A stretch of DNA of 63,785 nt, counting the filler, from Collodictyon triciliatum (Eukaryota): the NCBI GenBank assembly GCA_043381765.1. It is 13 parts of 13 records of this genome, joined end to end, with 100 filler letters (N's around TTAATTAATTAA, not from the genome) between each part and the next. Parts side by side here need not be neighbours in the genome. Positions count along the whole stretch, not along the records: positions 32,793 to 38,186 come from JBHJMP010005239.1; positions 38,287 to 43,682 come from JBHJMP010005240.1; positions 43,783 to 49,174 come from JBHJMP010005241.1; 10 more parts are not named here. One strand, written 5' to 3'. Positions 33,446-46,800 of this stretch are shown piece after piece. A program made the position numbers and the translations under genes. The first letter of the stretch is position 1. Each line of letters starts with the position of its first letter. A model generated the notes under the pieces. That model saw nothing but the letters and a program-made list of their open reading frames with translations, was not told where the DNA came from and did no database searches.

Positions 33446-36123
33446 CACTATTCATTTCCAAGTTGATCGTCCACAGCATCTCACTCACTTGAAACATCCC
33501 ATCCTTTCTTAGAGGCATTGCCAAGTGTTACTGTATATGACAAGAGTCAATATAATATCTCTTTTCTATGTTTGTTGATACAGGGTTTGGCTGTCTATCT
33601 CGAAAAGACTGTGGAGAATGCCAAGGCCCGTGGGGTCGCTATTGGGTACTGTTTTATTTGATTCAATTGACTGATTTATTTATATATTCATCTGACTTTC
33701 TTTTTATTTTTACGTATTTATTGAATCTAACTCATTCCCAAATCAGATACGACGGCCGCTATCATAGCAAGGACTTTGCCTACCTTACTGCGGCCACCTT
33801 CATATCTCGCGGATTTACCGTCTACCTGTATTCCGGCCTTGTGCCAACACCACTTCTCGTATGTTAACACCGGCAATACAAAGCAACTTTGATGCAAAAG
33901 CCTCCTTCTTATTATACAATCAAGGCTATTCCAGAAATTACCCTATCCACTTTATGTATATGCGTCACTTATCCCTATCGTTTCCTTTCGATATCGCTTC
34001 CCGCAGGCATACTGCTGTGTCCAGAAGAAAACCGCCGCTGGTGTGATGGTCACAGCCTCACACAACCCAAAGAACGACAATGGCTACAAAGTCTACTGGG
34101 AAACCGGCTGCCAAATCATTCCGCCACACGATGAAGGAATTGCCGCCGCCATCGAGGAAAATCTCGTGCCTTGGAATGTGGATCCAAGCACTGTGGAAAA
34201 CCATCCACTCCGCATTGATCCTTTGGCCGAACTTGCGCCGCGTTACTGCCAGGACGTTGCCCGTGATTTCTCCAATACGATGGAGTCCAATCCGGCATCG
34301 ACTCACAAGATCGTCTACACAGCAATGCATGGTGTTGGTGCAGAGATGATTGCAAAGATTTTCGAGGCTTTCAAGCTCCCTGCATACATCCCTGTGAAGG
34401 AGCAGATTTTGCCCGACCCGGAATTCCCCACAGTAGCATTCCCGAACCCGGAGGAAGGAAAGGGCGCACTTGTAAGACCGCCTTTGGGTTTCCCTCCTTT
34501 TGTTTTACTTTGCTTTGATTATGTTGTAGCTTAATTTTATTTCAGAGGTAAAGAAATCTGCAATTTTTTTAAAAGGATATAATAGTGCAATTACGCATTC
34601 ATTCCACTAGACACTTGCCATGAAAACCGCTGATGAAGCCGGAGCAAAAATCATCTTTGCCAATGACCCTGATGCTGACCGCCTGGCTGTTGCCGAAAAG
34701 CAAGAAAGGTAGCGAATCAGATTTGTTTTTCTTTCTTTTTAGTCTGCAATCAGCAATTATCACCAAAGTTGAATACAATCGCATATTCATTTATTTTAAC
34801 AGTAATGATGTTTTTCTCGCCCAATCGAATGTGCAGTGGAGAGTGGCGCATCTTTAGCGGGAATGAACTCGGCTCCATGCTTGGCCACTGGGTCTGGACT
34901 CAGCACCTAAAACGCAACCCATCTTTTGATAAATGTAAGTATATATGACGTACGCATAAAGTTTGATGGCTAATGGCTTTATACCCGAATTAGTCGAGCC
35001 AGAAACACCCAATTACAAATAAGAAAAATGGAAAAGAAAGATTAAGAAAGTCATGTATTTAATCCGTATTCTGTAGCCAAGGGACTTATGATTGCCAGCA
35101 CTGTGTCGTCCAAGTTCCTCAAATCCATCGCAGCAAAAGAAGGCTTCCGCTTTGAAGAGGCGCTGACTGGCTTCAAATGGATCGGCCATCGAGGAATCGA
35201 CCTTGAGAAGGAAGGCTACGAATATCTCTTTGGCTTTGAAGAGGCCATCGGCTTCATGATTGGGAAGACTTGCTGGGATAAAGATGGTGTGCGCACGGCT
35301 GCAGTATTTGCTGAGATGTACATCCATTATGCCAACCAAGGCCTCTCCCTCTCAAAATATCTGCAGAGCCTTTACAATCAGTAAGTGGCTGGGTTCTCAT
35401 AGATTCAAACTTCGGCACGACAACCTGCGAGAAAAAAAAATAAGGAAATGAGAAAGCAATCATTGTTAACTAACGCTTTCTCTTTTGGCTAGATACGGCT
35501 ACATAGAGTCCAAGGTTCATTACTACTTTTGCTACGACCCGAATGTGATGAACAAAATCTTTGATCGTCTGAGAGAAGGAGGCAAATACCCAGAGTCCGT
35601 GGGCAACGGAAAATACAAGGTCAAGTACGTGCGCGACCTGACAACTGGGTTCGATAACCAGCAGGTAAGTTCATCCTGCTTGATATTTTTTTTTCAAAAA
35701 AAAATAATAATGTAATAACCGACATCCCTATTCATAACTAACGCCCAAATACACAAACAGCCCGATTTGAAGGCCGTTCTCCCTGTCTCTGCCAGCTCTC
35801 AGATGATTACCTTCACCTTTGAGAACGGTTGTGTCGCCACCCTTCGTGGGTCTGGAACAGAGCCCAAACTCAAGTAAACATCACACCTAATAATATTCGT
35901 TTTGATGGCAACAATCCTAATTGTTTATTTTTTCTTTTTCTTCTTTTTTAAAAAAAATTTTTTTTTTCATTTATGCTGCTCACACCTCTATAGATACTAT
36001 GTCGAGCTGAGCGGCTCCGATGGGCAAGCAGCTGTCCATGAGCGACTCTATGAGATGGTGGGGCTCATCACCAGCGAATTTCTTGAGCCCGAAAAGAACG
36101 GTCTTGTCAAGCCCCGCGATTAA
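33048..36123 (+). CDS. PGM2: Phosphoglucomutase-2/phosphopentomutase (multi-exon, complete)
   Basis: FGTAGLRG, phosphoserine motif [22 protein letters not shown], metal loop [19 protein letters not shown] and [10 protein letters not shown]. Confidence 0.95.
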
Positions 36124-36516
36124 AGACAAATAAATAAATAAAATAAAATAAAAAAACTACGAGGAAGAAAATCGATAGGAGAGAGTGAGTGTGATTAAGG
36201 AACAGTAGTTTCGCGTAGTGAAATGTTAGGTTGGTCGTGTGTAGGTGATGCTTAGGAAGAGAGGGAAGTAATTGCAGGCTTAAACAACCCGCTCATATTG
36301 CAGCAGCCATGAAACCTAAACAGTGTCCCTGTTCTTCCTTATTTTTCTCGTCTTTTCTTGTCTTTTCTTGTTTTTTCTTGTTTTTTCTTGTTTTTTCTTG
36401 TTTTTTCTTGTTTTTTCTTGTCTTTTCTTGTCTTTTCTTGTCTTTTCTTGTCTTTTCTTGCCCTTTCTTATTCTCTTCTGCTTTTTTTTCTGTGTGTATG
36501 TATATGGATTGGGAAT

Positions 36517-37639
36517 TCAAGGACCGCCATCTGCCACTTGTACCGATTGCATGGCTTTCTCCGTTTTATTGTAGTGACCAAAGAGTAAAGGATTTACTCC
36601 GCCTTGGCGGTAATTCCTTTTCTTTGCTCCACCAACGCTTTCTGTCAAAAAAAAAGAAGGGTGTAGGTAAAAGCAGTAGTTCAGAACACAAAAACCAGTA
36701 TTGAAGGATGTGTGTGAAGTATAATGTGAAGCAAGAGACAAAACGGGATATTTGTATACAATGGCTTATTTTTTCAACTTTGAAATGTTGACTACACAAT
36801 AGCAGAGTGAGATGCACCTGCAGTTTTGCCTTGATGCGGACAGCAACGGGCGAAGCAAGCTTTTCCATGCTCGTGTTGAGGATATAATTGTCCAGCCCTA
36901 TTGTTTATCTCTTACTTCATTCCTTTATTCATTCAAAAAAAAAGAGAGAGAACCATCTCCATGATTATATGAATTATATTATATTATATTATATTATATT
37001 ATATTATATTATATTATATTATATTATATTATATTATATTATATTATATTATATTATATTATATTATATTATATTATATTATAAATAATTGACATGTATG
37101 TGAGAACTATATATAAAAAGGCGAATACCTCCAGCCTTGTCTATACACTTCAAAGCGTGCGTGCCTACAAAGACTCGTACTTTGTGGCCAAGAATCTCGC
37201 TGTACAGCTCGCGAGCTTGGTAATTTGGCCACCACGTTCTTCGAGTTCTGTCGCGTAGCAAGGGTTAGTCTTACTCCCAAGAAGTTCTACTTGATCGGAA
37301 GGTAAGAGGTAGAGCGAAAGAAAAAGGGGATTGCACCATAATTTAAAAAGAAAGAGAAAGGGTAAGAGAAGAAGAAAAAAGGCGATCAAGCAGGGCTGAC
37401 AAGGAAGCAGCACTTCGCACTGGAAAGCTTCACGAGATATATCTAGCTTTATGATAAGCACAAGGAGAAACACACATTGAGTTGTGCAGAGGCTACACAG
37501 CAAAAAGGGTTCATAGGTTGCCTCACTTGCGATTGCTGTGGCTGACGTTGTTCCCGTAGCCCACTGTCTTTCCCGACAAGAGACCGGCAGCCGGACGCTT
37601 TGCTGGCCCGCGGATCAAACTCAACACAAAGTTGAACAT
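36517..37639 (-). CDS. MRPL28: Mitochondrial ribosomal protein bL28m (multi-exon)
   Basis: GLLSGKTVGYGNNVSHSNR|KTRRTWWPN...VGTHALKCIDKAG|GLDNYIL is the bL28 signature. Confidence 0.85.
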
Positions 37640-37801
37640 ACGCGCCTTTGATTGAAGCTTCTTTGTGTTAGTAGCGGTTGTGGGAAGAGGATCAGGAAAC
37701 CATTATGGGCTGGTTTGCAGTGATTTGTAGGCTGTTTGAAATGGTGAAGAAGACCGACTCTGCAAGTATGTCCCACTTGTTTGTTTTACCACTCGAAAGA
37801 C

Positions 37802-38186
37802 TTTTTTTTTTATTCTAAAAGTCTTAGCTGTTGAGCCTGTCTCAACAATCTTTTATTCAACCATCAGGCAAGAAGTTCCAAAGTAGGTGGGGATGTGTGG
37901 GAGATAGAAAAAAAAAACAGGGATAAAGATAAAAGAAAAAAAGGGAAAAGAGAGGTCCTTGAGGCTTGATAAGAGGCGCATGGATTTCTTTTGGGGACGC
38001 GTGATAGTGTCCCAAGAGCATGAGAAAAAAGGGACGGGTGATATTGATTGGATGGAGGAGGGGGGAATACTGCTTTGATGGCACAAGCTGTCGAAAAGGA
38101 TGGTGAAAAGAGAAGTGAGGTTCGTTTGATAAGCACTAGGTCGAGTGCAAAGAGGACTTCTCTGCATGGTTGACTCACCTCCTTCC
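37802..38186 (-). mobile_element. Dispersed repeat copy 2 (longer): retroelement 3' end with poly(A)
   Basis: Matches 10568-10714; lies about 160 bp upstream of the bL28m ATG and runs to the contig end. Confidence 0.7.
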
Positions 38187-38588
38187 NNNNNNNNNNNNNN
38201 NNNNNNNNNNNNNNNNNNNNNNNNNNNNNNTTAATTAATTAANNNNNNNNNNNNNNNNNNNNNNNNNNNNNNNNNNNNNNNNNNNNTAACAATAATAACA
38301 ATAATAACAATAATAACAATAATAACAATAATAACAATAATAACAATAATAACAATAATAACAATAATAACAATAATAATAATAATAATAACAATAATAA
38401 CAATAATAACAATAATAACAATAATAACAATAATAATAATAATGATAATAATAATGATAATAATAATGATAATAATAATAATAATAATAATAATGAAAAT
38501 CAACGTTCGGAATTTATTGAAGGACCCATCGTTTCATGAGATGAAATACTTTAAATTTATATCGCCACAATATTAACGTTTTAGTCAG

Positions 38589-41500
38589 GGGCCAAACGAA
38601 GCCAGAGTCCAAGTATTTAGAGCATGTTTTGGTACGTTTTGCTTTAGGTTTTTTTTTTTCACAGATGAATGGTGGATAGGTTTCGGCCGTAATACCCCGC
38701 TGTTGAATTTTGTTTTTACATATGTATAGAAATGTTCATCGAAAGCTTCACTACGTACAAACCACTTCTATCAAGAATAAAGCAGGAATATGATATAATC
38801 CTTCATTTCCTGGAAACCAGAATACAACAACTGTAACGATTGATAGATACAATAACATTTCAATATGTCCATAGATACTAAACCATAGGATATAATCAGA
38901 CATGCTCATTTTTTTTCGTACAAAGTAAAAACAACAACAACAACAATCAAACTGTTTTCAATATCTAGAATTCCGATGGAAGTTCAACTACAAACCATAC
39001 GCCAAGAATATGAAGCCAAGCTGCGTAATATGGTGGTAGAAAACCAGAAATTAAAGTAAATACAAACTAATTTTTTTGAGAAAATTCCTTTTTCTTCAAC
39101 CATTTTTCTTAGACAAATCTATCTTCCAATTAATATAGTGAACAAACTTCTTGATGCATATTCTTGTCATTTTCTTTTTGCCCATTATACATATACTGAA
39201 AACATACCCACCTTCTCCAGAATGATGCTAGATGAACAAAAAGAACGCTGCAAAGGCCTCGAAGGCTTATGTGATGAACTTCGTGTTGATCAAGGAGAGC
39301 TCAAGGTGAAGCTTATTGATCTGGAAAAAGAATACGAAGAGAGTGCCGAAATGGCTAGAGAGCTCGAGGCAAAATACAGAACTTTGCAGGTAATATACCC
39401 AACCACACACATTTCATCATCGCCTTTTATTTACCCGAATTTTTAATTTAATCACATGCTGATGATGGGTAAATAGGTCAATTTCATCCTTTGTTTACTG
39501 ACAAGTCATGTCTTTTTTTTTTTTTTTGAATTTATTTGTCAATAAACACAAAACCTATCAAATTAATAAACACTGTATGAATCGAATAAAGGAGAAACTA
39601 ACATTGATAAACACTCATTTGGTTAATAGTCGGAATATTCGGAGATAATGTCCGAGCATAGAGAAAGTGAAGCAAAATATACATTCTTTTTATTTAGATG
39701 TATATGTCATCAAGATTCTTCCCTTCCTTTTGTTAATTTACTCATATTAGCAATATATCCCAGTACAACTTCGATATGAGGAGAAAGCCAGTGATTTAGA
39801 GCGCACAAGAAGACTTTTTGATGAAATGGTCCCCAAAGAGCATTTAGAAAACTCAACAAAAGACCTCATCAAGGCAAGGACGGAGATCCATCTGAAGGTA
39901 ATTGGATTCCGACACCATAGCCAAACGAATATCTCGATCAGGTATTATTGAGGCGATTTCCATATATATTCATTTTTTTAATTTTGTTTCAGTTGTCCTT
40001 TAATCGTTGAGAAATTATCCTAGTCGTTAAAAGTACTTGTTTTAGAATGGGGAAATAGAAAAGCTATTGCGTGACATCGAAGATTTCAAAAACGCGCAGG
40101 AATCCACGGAGAAGTCCATCGAGGAAATGAAGGTAATACATGCATTTGTAGAACACCATGTTCGTTACAAAATCAAACAGAAAGTTTTCCCTCAACCAAG
40201 AATATGAAAATCATAATTACGAGGCACATTTTCTGTGAATGGACAGGATATGCACACCCCGCGTCCTGATTGGTCTATCGCAAGCCAATACTTGTCAGAA
40301 GAGCAGGAAACTAAGAGGCCGTCGTCAGATCTTCTCGCAGAACTGTGCCAATATATAGCTGATGTGATATTGCAATTCATCTATTTCAAAAAACTAAATT
40401 ATGAAGCGTTTTACTCAGCATATTTTAATATCTTTATGTATTAGTCCAATAAGGATATATCACTTTCGCCGACATGTTTTCACTTCTTGAGCCACTTAAT
40501 ATGCTTTCCCCTTGATTAGTTATCATGTGAATATCAAGTATTGAGAGATAAGCTAGAGCCTCCAACAGATCCAAAGTATCCCTCCTTTACATCGCTATTC
40601 ATTCTAATGATGTTCCTCATACTTTCTGTAATTAGAATAGAGGAAGTTAAAGATATAACTCTCCATATGTTACTGCGTGTTCACAGATATCCGGCCCAAA
40701 ATAAGGATAAACCCAGTCGGTTTCGAGGGGAGGACACAATCGCCGCCCTGGGCACTGGAAATTCTGTTCCGAAATACCTGCGGTAGCCAATCTATTTATA
40801 TTTTCCCCTATAAAATAGTAAAAATGAAAAATAAAAGATGAAGGACTTTCGAATGCACTTTTTTTTTTGTTTCTTCAAATAAGACAAACTAAACACATAT
40901 ATCTTAAAATTCAGGTATAAAGGAAAGGTTAGGAATCGGCACCTGCCAAAGCAACAAGTGGAATCATTCATTAAAGAAATAATGTCTGCTCGGATGGTTG
41001 CTACCCCAGAAGAGTCGACGGGCTCGGTATATCTTTTGCACTCGCAGGCTTAAACTATCGCGGTTTATATCTCAAAACCTTTTATTTGTTGCACATTTTT
41101 TTAAACAAGCTATTTTCTTACCCCTTCATGCAACCATGATATATTTTATAGTTCGAAGATTATCTATACATATTTCTGCAAAAGAAGTTTGGTCTGCAGT
41201 CCATGATAGCCGAATGGGGATATAGCCTTCTGGACTCCCTGAAAAGATTTGAGTATGATGCTGACTGTGAATTGTTTCTGAAAATATTGACAGGTGCGGA
41301 TTCATATTTGAACATACTTTGTCTTTGCTATCGAATAACAAAGATTATTTTATGCACAGGAGAGATTGGTGAGGATGTTTACTATGACCAACAAAAGGCG
41401 CTTGAAAAGCTTTTGAAGATGTTTATCAAACTTGATTCAGAATCCAACTCAGCCAGAATAATGGGTGTACTTAGCAAGAGTGACATCAGGTTTTGTACCA

Positions 41501-43090
41501 CGTCGTTTCATTATAAGTTTATCTTATCCATTTCTCAATTATTTTCTGGACTCTCTTACTTTACACTTTTGCCAGATTCCGTTGTTACATCACTCTCTTA
41601 TATTTCCCGTTTATTCAATTAAAAGTATCTGATACTTTCATATTTAATAGCCAATATGGTCTAATCATAGCTTTTCTACAGAAGCTCACACAACTATTCT
41701 AATCAAATATTTTTTCTTTGAACGCATCTCTCCCTAGACAAGTGCTAAAGAAGATGTTCCCACTAAAATCTGAGGAAGACTTGTCGGCTATTCTTAAGGT
41801 TGCTTCCTCAAAAATACTCCCCTTTCATGCAGTTTTTTTTTTTTGGTTGTATTATATCTAAGAATGCAGCCTTTCAAATAATCGATGCGTTATTTCACCT
41901 ATCAATTAGCCAATATTAGTTAACAATAAAATCTTGAAACTAAAACCAATAAATCGCTGAAACGGTAACTTATTTCACAAGGCCTTGGACACTGATTGCC
42001 CCGGAGACCGAGTCGAATATGAGAAATTATTTGTGGAAAACAGAGAAGGAGACCAGGCATACATAATTTCATTTCCGATTATTCCGTTTTCCTTTTATAT
42101 CAGATATCATGCGGAGTTACATAAAACATACGCAGTTTTCAATACTTAAACGCGTTCAATAAAGGGATGTTTCATGGAAGAAGTCAGAGACCAGTTTTTG
42201 AAGGAAAGGCACCAGTACCTTTGCGACATCGAAGTATGTTTATTGGTCAACCCAGAAGCATGCATTCAACCCCTTCCATGAATTGAGTGTAATATATATA
42301 TATATATATATATTAATTCTTTCTTTGGACTGTCTATTTATTCATGGTAAGGATGCCCTGAAAGATAATGCTGTAGAAGGCAGGGTTTCAACAACCGGCG
42401 CCAAAAACGCATTCATATTTTCTGATCCGAAAAAGCCGAAGAGCGAAATCACTGAGATGGTCTGCCGTGCATTTAAAATTCCGGCGAACTCGGATGCCAA
42501 CACTGATTTAAGCCTCCCTGTGGAAGAGATACTTAAGGTATTTTTTTTTTATGGATATATGCTTTTTACGCTATGATAACGTCAAACAATGACAACAAAC
42601 AATGACAACAAACAAACAAACAAACAAACAAACAAACAAACAAACAAACAAACAAACAAACAAACAAACAAACAAACAAACAGGTATTGTGTTTGATGTT
42701 CATATTCTTTCCAACTATTCATCCTAATCCCAGTAATAACTCGACGTTAGAACATTCGCTTTGGTGTTCTGAAAAGACAATCGAAGAAGGACCCGAAGAA
42801 AAGGAACCGCTCTGGATCTGTATTCAAAAGTGCGCGTTCACACATCCACATTTGTCACTTATCTCCCATTTACTTTCACCCTGTTCATTCATTCAATTGA
42901 TAACTGCATTATTCTTTGAATCGTGTGAAGAGGTATTCGGGTTGGAATCCTTCATATTTTCCTAATCCTTCATATTTTCCTCATCCTTCATCGCATAGTC
43001 AATCCTAGCCAGAGTCCAGCCCAGAGTTCAGAAAACAGCCCCTTTCGCGACATGAAAAAGGACATGGAGCAGAACTCAATAAAGTTAGTC
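38589..43090 (+). CDS. TSNAXIP1: Translin-associated factor X-interacting protein 1 (multi-exon, partial; 3' end approximate)
   Basis: FIESFTTYKPLLSRIKQEYD, HTPRPDW, LGTGNSVPKYLR|YKGKVRNR and EWGYSLLDSLKRFEYDADCELFLKIL|GEIGEDVY. Confidence 0.88.
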
Positions 43091-43631
43091 CAATTTACTT
43101 TATGTTTTACATTAACCATTTTTCCCCCATTATTCAATTCAAATACGTTTTGAATCAACCATGAAATTAACTGTGAGAAACTAATCGCACCCCACGCACG
43201 CAGGGAAGAATCATAATGCAAACGGTTCCGGTCGTGTGGCCCATGGAAATCCCTCAAACGCATGGGATGCTGTAAAAAGAAACAATGTTAACCACCCACG
43301 CCGATGTACACTATCTATTTCAAGTAACTTGCAACATATGAATACAAGAAATCGATAGAAAAAAGGGCGAGAAATAAAGCTTCAGAGAAATACAAATGGG
43401 AACACGAAGGTTGCAAAGGACACATAAATATAGAAGCGAGGCCGAGGAATGATAAATCATACCTATTAAGGATATGAATGGCGATCTGAATCTATTTCTA
43501 TTTTTGGCGAAACAAAGAACGCAAAAGAAAACTGTGTCGGGAAACAATCGAAACACAAAGCAAACAAAAGGCAACTTTGGCAATGATTCTCGGCCCGCAA
43601 CATCAAAGACTCTCGTGAGTCTAACATACTA

Positions 43632-43682
<51 letters not shown>

Positions 43683-43797
43683 NNNNNNNNNNNNNNNNNN
43701 NNNNNNNNNNNNNNNNNNNNNNNNNNTTAATTAATTAANNNNNNNNNNNNNNNNNNNNNNNNNNNNNNNNNNNNNNNNNNNNAAAAATAAAAAAAAA

Positions 43798-43834
<37 letters not shown>

Positions 43835-43886
43835 AGAATTAAATCAAAAAATACTGGTGATTGGTACTAACTGATTCTTTCGTCAG

Positions 43887-46800
43887 AATCCCCCGGCTGG
43901 TCTGAGATTGAGATCACTGAGCCTTTCAAAATGGTAAGAGGCGGTGAAATTTAGAAAATATATAGGGAATATCCATGAAGAGAGCAATTTATATTTTTCA
44001 GAAAATAAATACCATTATCTTACTGATTTTTTCCATTATGATTTATTCGTAATTGTCACAATATTGTAATCTTCAAGATATCCGGTGATGCAGACACTAT
44101 ACCAATCCTGGAGAAAGACGTCCTTGCAGATATATTCAGCTCCATCCGGTCGTCTTATAGCGAACTGCAAATAAACTTGGAGCCATTCATCACTAACCGC
44201 GAGCCTTATCTTCTCCTCAAAAAGAAGGCCAAGGAACAAAGACAGGATTTCAAGTCTTTACTGGACTTCATATCCAGTATATTTCGTTCTTAATATATAT
44301 CAACTTTTACTTTTTTTTTTAGGTAATCTATGAAAATAGTCTCTTTTTATTAATATATAATATTCTTCTAGCCCAAGATGAGCCTCCAACTAGCCAAATC
44401 CCGAATCTATTGAGGGTCTCTTACGATTATATCACATCTTCAATCATCACCACCCTTTCAGAAGTTCTGGCATCTGAGTATAGCAAGCAACAGAAAACAG
44501 TTATTAGAACAAAATATTTGATCATATTCCTTGATATATTGTAGCCTTGTGTGCATAGAATTGATTTTTTATTTTATTTTCTGAAAATAGATTTCTGCTT
44601 TAAGGAATGAGCTTGATGAACTCCAGGTAAACTACATTCTTAATCAAGCATATGCAAAGTTTATCATTTAAAAAGGTTGAAATATGTTGCTTGATTTAGT
44701 CCTGCTTAGATAAGATTACTAAAGAACACAACTCAAACGTGAATGTAAGCGCAGTCAATTTTTATTTCAACCAAATCATATGATGTTTCAAAAAGGAAAA
44801 AAATACGTGTAACTATTTTACATCCCTATTTTCACACATGTCTCATATAATAAGTCTCTTACATCTACAGCATCTTCAGTCAAGGATGGATGCACTGAAT
44901 GTCCAGGTTTAACTTTTGAAGAATATGATTTTTTCTTCTTTTTTCTTTTTCCTTTTTCCTTTTTTTCCTTTTTTTCCTTTTTTTCCTTTTTCCTTTTTTC
45001 CTTTTTTTCCTTTTCCTTTTCTTCTTTTATCTTTTCCTTTTCTTCTTTTATCTTTTATCTTTTATCTTTTATCTTTTATCTTTTATCTTTTATCTTTTAT
45101 CTTTTATCTTTTATCTTTTATCTTTTATCTTTTATCTTTTATCTTTTTCTGAACCGTTCAATTTCCGTACTCTAATCATACTTTTGACAGATTTCAGAGA
45201 AGGACGCCGAAAATTCAAAATATGTGATTTAATGATTTTTTATTTTGAAAAATTCCCCATCTTGCACGCAAAAGAAAAAATGAAAAATTGCCATTATGCA
45301 TAAACCTTCCTTTTTACGTATAGGTATTGGAGATTCGTAAAAATCTCAGTAATCTGGATAAAGTTGAAAAAGAATTAGAAGATGCCAGAAAAATTATTTC
45401 AAGTCTTGAAAAAGGCATACTTGTTATTTATTATAAATTATCATTTAGTGTATTCGAATAACTTTTTAAAATTATGAATCAAGATTGTGCCTCCTTCAAA
45501 TCTGAGTTTCTTGCTGTCCAAAGTATTCTCGATGCAACTGGTTTTTGGGTTTGCCAATTTTTTATTCACTTCCCACTTACCTCATAATATTGCTCGAAAT
45601 CATGGCATCTCTTTAACGAAATGTTTGTTTGTTTGTTTGTTTTTTTATTTGTTTGTTTGTTTTAGGATGCAGACATGTCAGTTCTCGAAGAAAAACTGGC
45701 AAACTCTCGGTCAAGAACCTCTCGTCATTTCGAAGTCAAGCAGAACGAAAAAAGTTGCTTTGGTGACCCCGATTCCCTAGCGGCAATATTGATTAAGAAA
45801 TTTCCGACGTTGAGTCCATCGACAAGTATTTCTTTTTCTCATTTTGCATATTTATCATATTTAGTTGGATATTATATCAATTGTTCATATGTGATTATTT
45901 TGGTATGAAATTAAAAAAAACTATCCTCGTAAATTCTCTTCAAAATACCAGCTGATTTTCCGGCCCTGCTGTCAAGTGCGATGCTTCAACTAGAGGATGA
46001 AAGGAATCGGAATGAGCTTTCTCTACGTGATTTGCAAGAAGCTTATGAGGCCAAATTGAATTCTTTCTTAAATCAAGAAAAAGAATTACGCGAATCATAT
46101 CAAAATGAATTCAAATCAAAAACCAAAGAGCATGAAAACCAAATCCAAATATTGAAGAGCAAACTTCAAACACAGAGTGATGAAAGCCTAAAGTCTGTGG
46201 ATGACAGGATATCTTTTGATGGCCAAATAGCATCCCTGCATTCAAAATTGGATATTTTGGTAGCTGAAAACTTGGAATTACGTGCACGCATCAATACAGA
46301 CACAGAGAGCCATTGTAATGTTGAAAATTATCTGAAGGAGGAAGTACAGCGCTTGCTCCAGGTGATTGAGAAAAATAAGCTGGAACATGCGGAAGAGCTC
46401 CAAAAATCATTAAATAGTTTAAAGGTGCTACAAGAAGACAGTCAAAGGGAACATTTCGCAGAAATTGAGGCACTGGAGAAGAAATACAAAGAATTGACAA
46501 ACAAACTCCAGGAAGCCCATGAACAAACAATGAAAGAACTTTCCAGGGAACACGCACTAGAATTAAATTCGCTCAAGGAAACCACAGAAAAAATCCAAAA
46601 TGAGGAAAGAACAGAACTAATTGAATCTTTGAAAAGCACTATCACAACTATGGAGGAAAAAGTGCTACATCTTACTAGTGCAGTGAGTGAAAGAGAAGGA
46701 GAAATGGAGGCACTTCAGAGCGAGCTCAAGAGGGTTGAGGAGCAGCATATGAAAGAGAAGGATTCTTTGTCCGAGATTCAGAGACTATTGCATTCAAAGG

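Noticed and set aside
33303-33524. Poly-N, poly-I, poly-F and poly-K ORFs here and at many contig ends
   Set aside because: Translations of intronic microsatellites such as (AAT)n, (AAAAG)n, (ATATT)n and (ATATG)n.
37853-38178. Possible LINE ORF2 C-terminus in repeat copy 2
   Set aside because: No convincing reverse-transcriptase, CCHC or endonuclease motif in any frame; treated as 3' UTR or degenerate sequence.
40576-40686. GTATCC donor in TSNAXIP1 as a U12 intron
   Set aside because: No CCTTRAC-like branch site near the acceptor.
45415-45665. A third GC-AG intron in the golgin gene (AAG|GCATAC)
   Set aside because: Exon phases could not be reconciled unambiguously, and a nearby GT donor is possible.
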